Origin: Nitrospira sp.
GTDB lineage: Bacteria; Nitrospirota; Nitrospiria; Nitrospirales; Nitrospiraceae
DNA length: 64,000 bases
Direction of reading: 5' to 3'
NCBI GenBank assembly: GCA_047150005.1
Contig: AP038806.1
Location: 2,368,001 to 2,432,000 of the forward strand
A program made the position numbers and the translations under genes. Shown piece by piece: positions 1-8,737 of this stretch. The notes beneath the pieces are model-generated. The model did not search any database. It saw only the letters and a list, made by a program, of their open reading frames with translations, and was not told the DNA's origin. Every line of letters begins with the position of its first letter. Position 1 is the stretch's first letter.

Positions 1-2
1 CG

Positions 3-194
3 CGCACGGCATGCACTCCTTCAAAGGTCAAAGCGATTTTTGCACGTGTCGCTGACGCCATGTCACACACCATGGACGAAATGCGCTCCTATGCCAAGGA
101 GCATTCTGAGTTTGCAGGCATCGGGAAGCACATGCTTCAGGAATGGGAGAAAGGGATAGGGCTTTCGCTTCGGCTTTCTTCATCGGCCAGATAA
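3..194 (+). CDS. 3' end of a gene entering the window, possibly a HipA-family toxin C-terminus
   Basis: Open frame from base 3 to TAA at 192-194 (…KVKAIFARVADAMSHTMDEMRSYAKEHSEFAGIGKHMLQEWEKGIGLSL…). It resembles C-termini of HipA-domain proteins from memory; no catalytic motif is visible. Confidence 0.4.
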   Translation, partial: RTACTPSKVKAIFARVADAMSHTMDEMRSYAKEHSEFAGIGKHMLQEWEKGIGLSLRLSSSAR

Positions 195-393
195 ATTTTG
201 TCGTAAAGCAGTCCGCATGCTTTTCACCATGGCGATCGTCTCGACTGTGCTAATTTTGTGTTGAAACCTGTGAAAATTACAGCACTCATCGCAGCCAATA
301 GAAACAATCGAATCTGCATAAGAGCTTGTCTCGCGCTGAAAAACGAGGAAACCTCTTTCATCACCGAGCTTTATCGATTTCATCCTTCCTAAT

Positions 394-438
394 TTCGTAA
401 ACCGCAGGTCGCCCGTTCAATCCGGGTCGCCGGCTCCA
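394..438 (+). pseudogene. 3' half of tRNA-Thr(CGT), att-like fragment
   Basis: TTCGTAA anticodon loop, variable region CAGGTC, T-arm GCCCG-TTCAATC-CGGGT, acceptor strand ending GGCTCCA. No 5' half (D-arm) upstream. Confidence 0.75.
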
Positions 439-461
439 AAGCGCACTTCTTGCCATCCGGC

Positions 462-484
462 GGCTGTTCGGGAGCAGCCTTTTT
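462..484 (+). terminator. Rho-independent terminator-like hairpin after the tRNA fragment
   Basis: GGCTGTT-CGGG-AGCAGCC followed by TTTTT, nested in the larger inverted repeat ATCCGGCGGC…GCCGCCGGAT (455-500). Confidence 0.55.
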
Positions 485-591
485 CATCGGGCCGCCGGAT
501 AGATACCTCTGGCGTTTTGGCTATTGACCCGACCCGGAGCCTCTTATATGGTTCTTAGCGACGGGAGCACAACTACGTAACTGGAGGTGAG

Positions 592-1716
592 ATGGCCAAA
601 CGAAGGAAGAATGGGAAATCGCTTTCACCCAGGCAATGGACATTCCTCGCGTACATTGCCGGTGACAACAATCTGAGCGACAACGGCATTGAAGACATTG
701 CCGAGATGACGGCTGTGGGCACGTCAACATCATCCTATGCCGGAGTCCAGATCGATACGAAGGGCGAGCATGACGGCTCCGTACGATATGAAATTTCCGA
801 GCCCGATGTGACCGGTCAGGCCCATAGAGTCGTCATTGAACGTCTGCCGGAGAGCGACTCCGGCAATCCCGAGATTCTTTTGAATTTCCTGAACTGGGGG
901 CTGGAGCGGTATCCGGCGAAAAACACCATCACGGTGGTGTGGAACCATGGAGCCGGTTTCCGCACCGTCCGTCGGGATATTGCCTTTGACGATTATGGCA
1001 CCTCGCTTGACATGAATGAACTGAAGACGGCATTCACGCGCGCCGGGCTCGGCACGAAGAATAAGGTGGCCATCTTAGGGTTCGATGCGTGTCTCATGAA
1101 CATGCTCGAGATTGCTCATCACCTGCGTAATGTGGCGCAGTATGTCGTCGGTTCGCAGGAAACTGAGCCCGGCGATGGTTGGCCGTATGACAAGGTCCTC
1201 AAGGCCATGAACCGCAAGCCGACTCCGCAAGCCATGGCGAAGGCCATCGTGCGCGAGTACATGCGATCCTATCGTGTGGTCGGTGACAGCAACATCACCC
1301 AGAGCGCGATACGGACTGATCGTACGGAGGCGGCTGTGCTCGCGTGGAGCCGCTTCGGGGACGCCCTTGCGGCGTCGTTACCAAGAGAGCGGTCGGTCAT
1401 CAATCTTGCGCGAACGAAGGTTCAATCCTACGAGTTCCCGGACTACGTGGATGCGATTCACTTCGCGAAGTTGATTGCGAATGGGACAACCATTCCTGCG
1501 TTGCGCTCGCGTGCGCGAGCGTTCGCGAAGGCAGTGGCACGCTGCATTGTAGCCAGCGATTGTGAGGGTGGTTCCGTCGCGAACTCGAACGGTGTCACGA
1601 TCTGGTATCCACCGGAGAAAGCCCAGTACCTCGCGTTTCGCGGCAAATACGTGGCGATGGATTTCTATGCAGTTGGGCCGGGCTGGGTCAAGTTTCTGGA
1701 TGCTGTGTTCGCATAG
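592..1716 (+). CDS. Clostripain-family (C11) cysteine peptidase
   Basis: Motifs WTFLAYIAGDNNL, WNHGAG (catalytic His), GFDACLM (catalytic Cys) and SQETEPGDGW. Strong RBS GGAGGTGA. No signal peptide. Confidence 0.9.
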   Translation: MAKRRKNGKSLSPRQWTFLAYIAGDNNLSDNGIEDIAEMTAVGTSTSSYAGVQIDTKGEHDGSVRYEISEPDVTGQAHRVVIERLPESDSGNPEILLNFLNWGLERYPAKNTITVVWNHGAGFRTVRRDIAFDDYGTSLDMNELKTAFTRAGLGTKNKVAILGFDACLMNMLEIAHHLRNVAQYVVGSQETEPGDGWPYDKVLKAMNRKPTPQAMAKAIVREYMRSYRVVGDSNITQSAIRTDRTEAAVLAWSRFGDALAASLPRERSVINLARTKVQSYEFPDYVDAIHFAKLIANGTTIPALRSRARAFAKAVARCIVASDCEGGSVANSNGVTIWYPPEKAQYLAFRGKYVAMDFYAVGPGWVKFLDAVFA

Positions 1717-1859
1717 TCGGATGATATCTGACCACGTCGTCGGCTGCAGACACAGTCACCCTTCTGCCTCTCGTTTCTACAGACGTTCACATACGCAAGG
1801 CTCTTGACTGAACGGTGCGCGTCACTCGTCGCAACATGCCTGGTTGAGGTCGGCAGCCT

Positions 1860-4187
1860 GTGAAGCCGAAATATCACAACATTGCAGTGGTCGCCTGTCT
1901 CTTATGGCCGCTCGCTTCGCTTGGTGAGGCGCGTGGGGCTATCGATTCAATGAAGCTAGGCGCCCGATATGATGTGTCCGGTTCGAATGTGCAATTCCGC
2001 GTGTTTTCAGCACGAGCGGAACGAATAGAGCTGTATCTTTATGAGAAGCCGCAGGGTGTCGACGAAGCGGGGTCGCTGCCACTCGTCAAGGATGGCGAGG
2101 GTGTGTGGAGCATCACGATCCCGACGACGACCATCCTGAGTGACTACCACATATCAGGTACCGTCTATTACGGTTATCGGGCCTGGGGACCCAACTGGCC
2201 ATACCAGACAGCATGGACAAAAGGCAGTTGCAGTGGGTGTGTGGGCGATTGCGATGTGGACAACGAAGGGAACCGCTTCAATCCGAACAAGTTACTTCTA
2301 GACCCTTATGCATTGGAAGTCAGTCATGATCCTCAGAATGCGACATACAAGGAAGGACAACGGTACGCGACCGGACCGGACTATCGTTGCCTGGATTCCG
2401 GACAGCAGGCTCCCAAAGGAATGGTACTGCGGCCCGATACCACCTCGACAGGCACAAAGCCGACCCGTGCTTTGAAAGACGATATTATCTATGAGGTGCA
2501 TCTCAGGGGTTTGACCAAGCACGGCACCAACACAGACATCCCGTCGAAATATCGGGGGACGTATCGAGGCGCCGCATTGAAGGTTCCATACTTGAAAAGC
2601 CTCGGTGTGACGGCTGTGGAATTGCTGCCGGTTCAGGAGAGCCAGAACGATATGAATGATGTTGACCCCAATAGCGGGAGTGGGGACGGGTATTGGGGAT
2701 ATGATACGCACAACTATTTTGCCCCGGATCGACGCTACTCGTACAATAAATCGCCGGGAGGGCCTACAAAAGAATTCAAAGCTATGGTGAAGGCCTTTCA
2801 TGATGCCGGCATGAAAGTCTTCATCGATGTGGTCTATAACCATACCGGTGAAGGGTATGCATGGAGATCAGCGGACCCGTTCACCTATAACGTGAGAAGT
2901 TGGCGGGGTCTCGACAATCCGACATACTATTCGCTCAGCGGAAACACATACTCCTATGACAACACAGGAGTTGGTGGGAATTATAATTCGCGTAATCCAA
3001 TTGCACAAAATCTCATCGTCGATTCATTGGCCTATTGGCGCGATGTTTTGGGTGTTGATGGGTTTCGGTTCGATCTCGCGTCAGTTTTGGGCAATAAATA
3101 TGAACATGATCATTACGAGTACGATCTTCTTGATTCCGGTACAGCGATCAATAGGATTCCGCGGGAGATCACCCCTCGTCCGAACATGGGGGGAGAGGGT
3201 ACGGATCTGATCGCTGAACCATGGGCATACAGTGGGAGTAACAATTATCAGGTCGGAAATTTTCCCTCACATTGGTCGGAATGGAATGGGAAGTACCGTG
3301 ATGTCATACGCCAGCATCAAAATAAGCTCGGCTTGACGAGGATTACGCCTGGTGAGTTGGCGAGGCGTCTGTCCGGATCCCCCGATCTGTACATGAGCGG
3401 GGGTGATACGAGAAAACCATGGAACTCAATCAATTTTATCGTTGCGCATGACGGATTGACGCTGAAGGACCTGTACACGTGCAATCTCAAACGCAATAAC
3501 CAGGCTTGGCCGTTCGGACCCTCGGACGGAGGCGAAAACAATAATATGAGCTGGGATCAAGGCGGAAACCCGGCTGATCAAAGAACAGCTGCGCGGAATG
3601 GCCTTGCCTTACTGATGTTGAGCGCCGGCACTCCCATGATTACCGGCGGCGACGAATTTTTGCGCAGTCTCCGGTGTAACAATAACCCATACAATCTCGA
3701 CTCCCGGGCCAATTGGCTCTCCTACAATTGGGATCCCATGCAGAAGACCTTTCACACGTTCGCGAAACGGCTTGTTCAATTTAGAAAGGACCATCCTGCC
3801 CTGCGACCATCAGAGTTTTATCGTGGCGATGACACCAACGGAAACGGCATTGCACAACTGAGCTGGCATAAGCCGGATGGGAGTGTGGCGGATGAGGCCT
3901 ATTGGGACAATGAACAGAACTATGCGATCGCCTATCGAATTGACGGGACAGAATTTGCTGATCCGGCAAGCGTCATCTATGTCGGATACAACGGATGGTC
4001 CGGAGAGGTCGCCTTTACCTTGCCTCAGGCCGGCAGCAACAAGAGGTGGTATCGAGTGATGGATACCTCGGCTTGGAATGAGGGGCCGAACACAGTGGTC
4101 AAGCCGGGCTCAGAGACAATACTTGGAGCAGAAGGCACAACCTATAATTTGAAAGGCAGAGCCGTACTCTTGTTGATTGCAAAGTAA
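1860..4187 (+). CDS. iam: Secreted isoamylase / glycogen-debranching enzyme (GH13)
   Basis: Signal peptide, then mature start AIDSMKLGARYD, similar to Pseudomonas isoamylase AINSMSLGASYD. GH13 motifs DVVYNH, GFRFDLA, AEPW, HDG. Confidence 0.9.
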   Translation: MKPKYHNIAVVACLLWPLASLGEARGAIDSMKLGARYDVSGSNVQFRVFSARAERIELYLYEKPQGVDEAGSLPLVKDGEGVWSITIPTTTILSDYHISGTVYYGYRAWGPNWPYQTAWTKGSCSGCVGDCDVDNEGNRFNPNKLLLDPYALEVSHDPQNATYKEGQRYATGPDYRCLDSGQQAPKGMVLRPDTTSTGTKPTRALKDDIIYEVHLRGLTKHGTNTDIPSKYRGTYRGAALKVPYLKSLGVTAVELLPVQESQNDMNDVDPNSGSGDGYWGYDTHNYFAPDRRYSYNKSPGGPTKEFKAMVKAFHDAGMKVFIDVVYNHTGEGYAWRSADPFTYNVRSWRGLDNPTYYSLSGNTYSYDNTGVGGNYNSRNPIAQNLIVDSLAYWRDVLGVDGFRFDLASVLGNKYEHDHYEYDLLDSGTAINRIPREITPRPNMGGEGTDLIAEPWAYSGSNNYQVGNFPSHWSEWNGKYRDVIRQHQNKLGLTRITPGELARRLSGSPDLYMSGGDTRKPWNSINFIVAHDGLTLKDLYTCNLKRNNQAWPFGPSDGGENNNMSWDQGGNPADQRTAARNGLALLMLSAGTPMITGGDEFLRSLRCNNNPYNLDSRANWLSYNWDPMQKTFHTFAKRLVQFRKDHPALRPSEFYRGDDTNGNGIAQLSWHKPDGSVADEAYWDNEQNYAIAYRIDGTEFADPASVIYVGYNGWSGEVAFTLPQAGSNKRWYRVMDTSAWNEGPNTVVKPGSETILGAEGTTYNLKGRAVLLLIAK

Positions 4188-4599
4188 ATTGGCCATCTGT
4201 ATTCGATCACAGCCATCTCGCCTCTCGTCAGTGACCTCGCCTGCGCGAGCCTGCCGTGAATGACCTCAGAAACTCAAATCACACTGCCGACTTCCTGACC
4301 ACACGTTATCTCCACTGCATTGAACATGATCGGCGCAGTAGGCAGCAGCGCGATAGGGACGCATGGCCTCATCGATAAGGCCGGACGCATCTATGGCAAT
4401 ACAAGCGATAGGCTGTGCGGAGCTCACGAACTGGGGTTCTGCCTAGTGCTTCAAGACTTCATTCCTTCGTAGGGGAGATTTTCCTTTCCCCTTAGCGTAC
4501 ATGAGAGCGCGCCTTGTGTTGCTCGGCAGCGCAAAGCAAGCGGAAGAATCCTTTCATTCGTCTCGGACAGGGTCCGAGACACCGTGGAGCGTGAACAGG

Positions 4600-5577
4600 A
4601 TGCGATCGCGCGCGGAACTGATGAGGGAGCAGGCCAAACTCTTGGACCTGCTGCCGGAGGTCCGCGAACGTCTGCATCACATCCCGGCCATTACCAATAT
4701 CGGTATTGGCGCGAAGGAAGTACGCGGTAAGACGACGGACGATTTCGCATTTCGCCTCTACGTCTCCATGAAGTTGCCGCGCGAGGACGTCGCATCTCAC
4801 TGGAGAATCCCGTACCACATCCAAGGTGTGCCGACGGACGTGATACCGGCGGGATCCACAGAGACGATTGTGGATACCCGGAAAGTCCGGCCGCTCCGCG
4901 GAGGCACCTCCGTCAAGAACGAATTCGTGCAGGCGGGTGAGCGGACGCTGGCGGGTACTCTCGGATGCCTGGTCAAGGCTGTCGCGGATCTGCGGGTCAT
5001 GGCACTGACCTGCCAACACGTGATGACTGCAGGACAGGCATCGCTCGGCGTGAACGTCGGCCAACCGAAGTATGTCGTATCGTGCTGTTGTTGCACGTAC
5101 AACGCGATCGGGACGCTGTTCCGAGCCACCAAGAACGACAGAATCGATTGCGCGGTTGTCCAACTGGACGACGACATCGCCAACGAGATCGAATCGGCGG
5201 ATGGGGTCAACGCGATCGAGGAAATCGGGACGTTGACCGGAGCGGCTCAGGCGGTCTGCTTCGAAACGGTCACCAAACGCGGCATCAACACCGGCTTGAC
5301 CACAGGACGGGTTATTGACGTGTTGTTTGAAGGCTCGCAAATCCTGATTGAACCGGCAGCCCCGACCGCCCCGTCCACGTTCGCCGACCTTGGCGATTCC
5401 GGCTCCGTCATTGTGAACAGCGTCAAGCAGGTCATCGGCCTGCTTTGGGCGGTCGATGCGGCCACCCGCACCAGGGGGGTGGCGAACCATATCGGTCCCG
5501 TGATGCGGGACCTGCAAATCGTCATCGCCGGCCAAGCGGATGCCGGGCTCGATATTCCTGCTACGGGGTGTCCGTGA
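4600..5577 (+). CDS. Trypsin-like (S1/Nal1-like) serine protease 1
   Basis: GTLGC, LTCQHV (His), IDCAV (Asp), GDSGS (Ser); CCCC cluster. Start chosen by alignment to the paralogs; the frame is open from 4501. Confidence 0.8.
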   Translation: MRSRAELMREQAKLLDLLPEVRERLHHIPAITNIGIGAKEVRGKTTDDFAFRLYVSMKLPREDVASHWRIPYHIQGVPTDVIPAGSTETIVDTRKVRPLRGGTSVKNEFVQAGERTLAGTLGCLVKAVADLRVMALTCQHVMTAGQASLGVNVGQPKYVVSCCCCTYNAIGTLFRATKNDRIDCAVVQLDDDIANEIESADGVNAIEEIGTLTGAAQAVCFETVTKRGINTGLTTGRVIDVLFEGSQILIEPAAPTAPSTFADLGDSGSVIVNSVKQVIGLLWAVDAATRTRGVANHIGPVMRDLQIVIAGQADAGLDIPATGCP

Positions 5578-5975
5578 GCGAGCAGCCTCGCATGAAACTC
5601 GAGCCGTTCGAAGCAGCCTTGTTCCGGCTCCCCGATGGTCCAGCGCTGGCCGACGCGTTCCAGCAGCACATCGAAGAAGTGATTGGTCTGGTCAACAAGA
5701 ATCGCCGCGTGGGCGTGGTCTGGCAGCGTTACAAGGGCCCGCTCTTCGTTCGAGCAGTGGTACAGCAACGCGCGGGCGCGGAGATCTCCATTCCCGAGGA
5801 GGTCGAGGGTGTCTCGTTGGAGATGTTGATGTTGCAGATGGCCGACGTGCTGCAGCGACACGGTTCGCAGGAATTGCGTTCGGCGATAGCCGAGCATGCC
5901 CTGCGGATCTTTCGCCTGGGGCGAGAGCATTGCACCTTGGCGGGCAGTCGAGGTACTGACCGGAACCATGCCTGA
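5574..5975 (+). CDS. Stand-alone helical domain homologous to the C-termini of proteases 2 and 3
   Basis: GTGA overlaps the upstream stop. HIEEVIGLVNKNRRVGVVWQRYKGPLF…GSQELRSAIAEH aligns with HAPEVRHLVNHHRAAKVAWQRCQGPGF…GSADLADAVAEH. Confidence 0.75.
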   Translation: MSEQPRMKLEPFEAALFRLPDGPALADAFQQHIEEVIGLVNKNRRVGVVWQRYKGPLFVRAVVQQRAGAEISIPEEVEGVSLEMLMLQMADVLQRHGSQELRSAIAEHALRIFRLGREHCTLAGSRGTDRNHA

Positions 5976-7353
5976 AAAGACGCGGGAACAATTCGACATC
6001 GAGATCCAGAGTGCAAAGGCGAAGTTGGCGGACGTCCGTGGACAACTGTTACGGATCCCCGGGGTACTGGATGTTCGAGTCGGCCTCAAGGAGACTGGAG
6101 GAAAGGCGACCCAGCAGGTCGTCTTCCGGGTGCACGTGGACCGGAAGCGGCCCTTGGCGGATGTTGTCTCCGCCGATCGAATCCCGACGGAAATTGCGGG
6201 AATCGGCACCGACGTGATTGCCCGCGAGCGCGATGTCCGGCACGACGTCATCTGCGGTGGCATGCGCATAACGCAAGACACCTGGTGCGGGTCGTACGGA
6301 ACACTCGGCGCAATCGGATTGGCAACGGCGGCCAACACACATGTCGCGGGGAACACACCGCTCCTGCTCACGAATCACCACGTGGCGCATCATGTCGGCG
6401 ACGTCGTCGGTCACGGGAACGTCTGTGATTCGTGGTGTTGTGAGTGTTGCGATATCGGCCGGCTGACCGACGCCGGACTGACGAATCGAGTCGACGGAGC
6501 GGTCGGCACACTCCACTCGGAGGTGCGCTTCAGCCACGACATTCTCGGCATCGGCTCCATACGCGGCACAGGTGTCGCGACGATCGGGATGATCGTCGTC
6601 AAGTACGGACACCGGACGGGCTTTACACGAGGACGGGTCACCGATGACGACGCCACGATCGACAGAGACGACGACCACGCGCATTTCGATCATCAGATTC
6701 GTGTGGCGCCGGAGCCCGGATTTGACAAGATGTCTGATCACGGCGACTCCGGTTCCGTGTACGTCGAGGAAGCGACCCGACGGATCGTGGGACTCAATCA
6801 CACGGGAACCGACGCGGGAATCGCCAAGGGGAGTCATATTGCCGACGTCATGGACTTGTTCAAGATCGATTTCCCCGTCACGGGGACGGCTGGAGCCGTT
6901 CCGCTTGCCGGGATTCCTGAAAGCCGGGTTCTTGAGCCTGCGATGGCACTGGAGCGCGATCTGGCAGGCACCGCATTCGGCCGCGAGTGGACCGACCTGA
7001 TCCGGGCTCACGCTCCGGAAGTCCGCCATCTGGTGAATCATCATCGGGCGGCGAAAGTCGCGTGGCAGCGTTGCCAGGGCCCCGGTTTTCTGGCGCATGT
7101 CCTGAAAAGCGCCCGCGAGCCGACGCACCGGGTGCCACGGGAAATCGCGGGAACACGGATCGAGAATGCGATTGTGTCGATGGCCGCCGTGTTCCAGGAG
7201 TATGGCAGCGCCGACTTGGCGGATGCTGTGGCCGAGCATTACCTCACGGTATTGGAATGCGCAGCACGCATCGAATCTGCCGCGGACGCCATTGCGAACG
7301 TGCGGCGTGTCGCGGGCGGCCGGCTGGCCGCACCAAAGGTTGGCCGTGCCTGA
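5968..7353 (+). CDS. Trypsin-like serine protease 2 with C-terminal helical domain
   Basis: GTLG, LTNHHV, VDGA, GDSGS; CDSWCCECC cluster. ATG overlaps the upstream stop (ATGCCTGA). Confidence 0.85.
   Translation: MPEKTREQFDIEIQSAKAKLADVRGQLLRIPGVLDVRVGLKETGGKATQQVVFRVHVDRKRPLADVVSADRIPTEIAGIGTDVIARERDVRHDVICGGMRITQDTWCGSYGTLGAIGLATAANTHVAGNTPLLLTNHHVAHHVGDVVGHGNVCDSWCCECCDIGRLTDAGLTNRVDGAVGTLHSEVRFSHDILGIGSIRGTGVATIGMIVVKYGHRTGFTRGRVTDDDATIDRDDDHAHFDHQIRVAPEPGFDKMSDHGDSGSVYVEEATRRIVGLNHTGTDAGIAKGSHIADVMDLFKIDFPVTGTAGAVPLAGIPESRVLEPAMALERDLAGTAFGREWTDLIRAHAPEVRHLVNHHRAAKVAWQRCQGPGFLAHVLKSAREPTHRVPREIAGTRIENAIVSMAAVFQEYGSADLADAVAEHYLTVLECAARIESAADAIANVRRVAGGRLAAPKVGRA
7018..7195 (+). repeat. 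178-bp near-identical repeat (second copy at 8402-8579)
   Basis: Direct comparison by eye gave about 8 mismatches and no indels. Confidence 0.85.
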
Positions 7354-8737
7354 AAAGACTCCGGAACAAGTCGCTGTCGAGATCGCCCGCGCGGAGCGTC
7401 AACTGCCCGAAGCCCGCGCGCAGTTGCGGCACGTTCCCGGCGTGATCGACGTTCTCGTGGGGATCAAGGAGGTCCGCGGTTTGGCAACGGACCAAGTGGT
7501 GTTTCAGGTGTACGTCGAGCGGAAGAAATCCACCGCCGAGCTGTCTCCGGCCGATCGAATTCCGGCCGCGGTACTGGGCATACCGACCGATGTCATCGGC
7601 CGGACGCGTATCGATCCGCATGACGTGCTGTGCGGCGGCATGAAACTCACGCAGCGCCTCTGGGGCATTTCAAACGGAACGTTGGGCGTCATATGCCTGG
7701 CCACAGCGGCCAATAGCCGCGCAGCCGAGAACACACCGTTGGTACTGACGAATCATCATGTGGCCAGCAGCATCGGCGATCGAGTCGGAATCGGATGCCT
7801 GTGCGACTCATGGTGCTGCGAGTGCTGCGACATCGGAACATTGGTCGATGCCGCCCTCACGGATCATGTAGACGGCTCAATCGCAACCTTGAATGGAGAC
7901 GTGCGCTTCAGCCACGACATCCTCGCGGTGGGGGCCATACGCGGGCACGGGGTCGCAACCAAGGGCATGCCGGTCGTCAAGTACGGGGACACTTCTGGGT
8001 TTACGCACGGCATCGTCACGCAAGATAACGAACCGACATTCACGCGCAGTGACGGCGCGACATTTGTCGGCCAGATTCGTGTCGCTCCAACAGCGCCGGA
8101 TACGGCTATGAGCAGGCCCGGCGACTCGGGCTCGGTATATGTGGAGGAAGCGACCCGGCGGATCGTGGGCCTCCATCATGCGGGAAGCGATGGTATTAGT
8201 TTTGGAAACCACATATCTGACGTCATGGCGCGATTGAATATCTTTTTCCCGGTAACCGGAACCGCCGGCGCCATCCCGCTCGGTGGGATTCCCGTCGCCG
8301 AATACTCGCAGAGCATGGAGCGAGTGATCACCCTGCGTCGTGATTTGGAAGGTATGGAGTTCGGACGGCAGTGGAGCGAGCTGGTCCGTGTTCATTCCGC
8401 TGAAGTCCGTCATCTGGTGAATCATCACCGGGCGGCGAAAATCGCGTGGCAGCGTTGCCAGGGGCCCGGCTTTCTGGCGCATGTCCTGAAAAGCGCCCGG
8501 GAGCCGACGCACCGGGTGCCACGGGAAATCGCAGGAACACGGATCGAGAATGCGATCGTGTCGATGGCCGCCGTGTTCCGGCAATATGGCAGTCCCGCGT
8601 TAGCGGATGCAGTCGCTGAACACTATCTCACGGCGCTGGCCTGTGCGGATCGCGCCGAATCGGTCGACGAGGCGATGGCCAACCTCCGGCGATTAGCAGG
8701 TGGTGGACAGCTCAAAGGGGTGTCACGTGCCCGGTGA
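7346..8737 (+). CDS. Trypsin-like serine protease 3, tandem paralog of protease 2
   Basis: Same motifs (LTNHHV, VDGS, GDSGS, CLCDSWCCECC). GTG start in GTGCCTGA gives (M)PEKT, as in protease 2. Confidence 0.85.
   Translation: MPEKTPEQVAVEIARAERQLPEARAQLRHVPGVIDVLVGIKEVRGLATDQVVFQVYVERKKSTAELSPADRIPAAVLGIPTDVIGRTRIDPHDVLCGGMKLTQRLWGISNGTLGVICLATAANSRAAENTPLVLTNHHVASSIGDRVGIGCLCDSWCCECCDIGTLVDAALTDHVDGSIATLNGDVRFSHDILAVGAIRGHGVATKGMPVVKYGDTSGFTHGIVTQDNEPTFTRSDGATFVGQIRVAPTAPDTAMSRPGDSGSVYVEEATRRIVGLHHAGSDGISFGNHISDVMARLNIFFPVTGTAGAIPLGGIPVAEYSQSMERVITLRRDLEGMEFGRQWSELVRVHSAEVRHLVNHHRAAKIAWQRCQGPGFLAHVLKSAREPTHRVPREIAGTRIENAIVSMAAVFRQYGSPALADAVAEHYLTALACADRAESVDEAMANLRRLAGGGQLKGVSRAR

Noticed and set aside
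340..438. Intact tRNA-Thr gene
   Set aside because: No D-arm or 5' acceptor strand upstream of the anticodon loop; fragment only.
4492..8584. Long minus-strand ORFs (347, 374, 396, 235 aa) opposite the proteases
   Set aside because: Antisense shadows of GC-rich genes with no motifs; the + strand carries clear catalytic triads.
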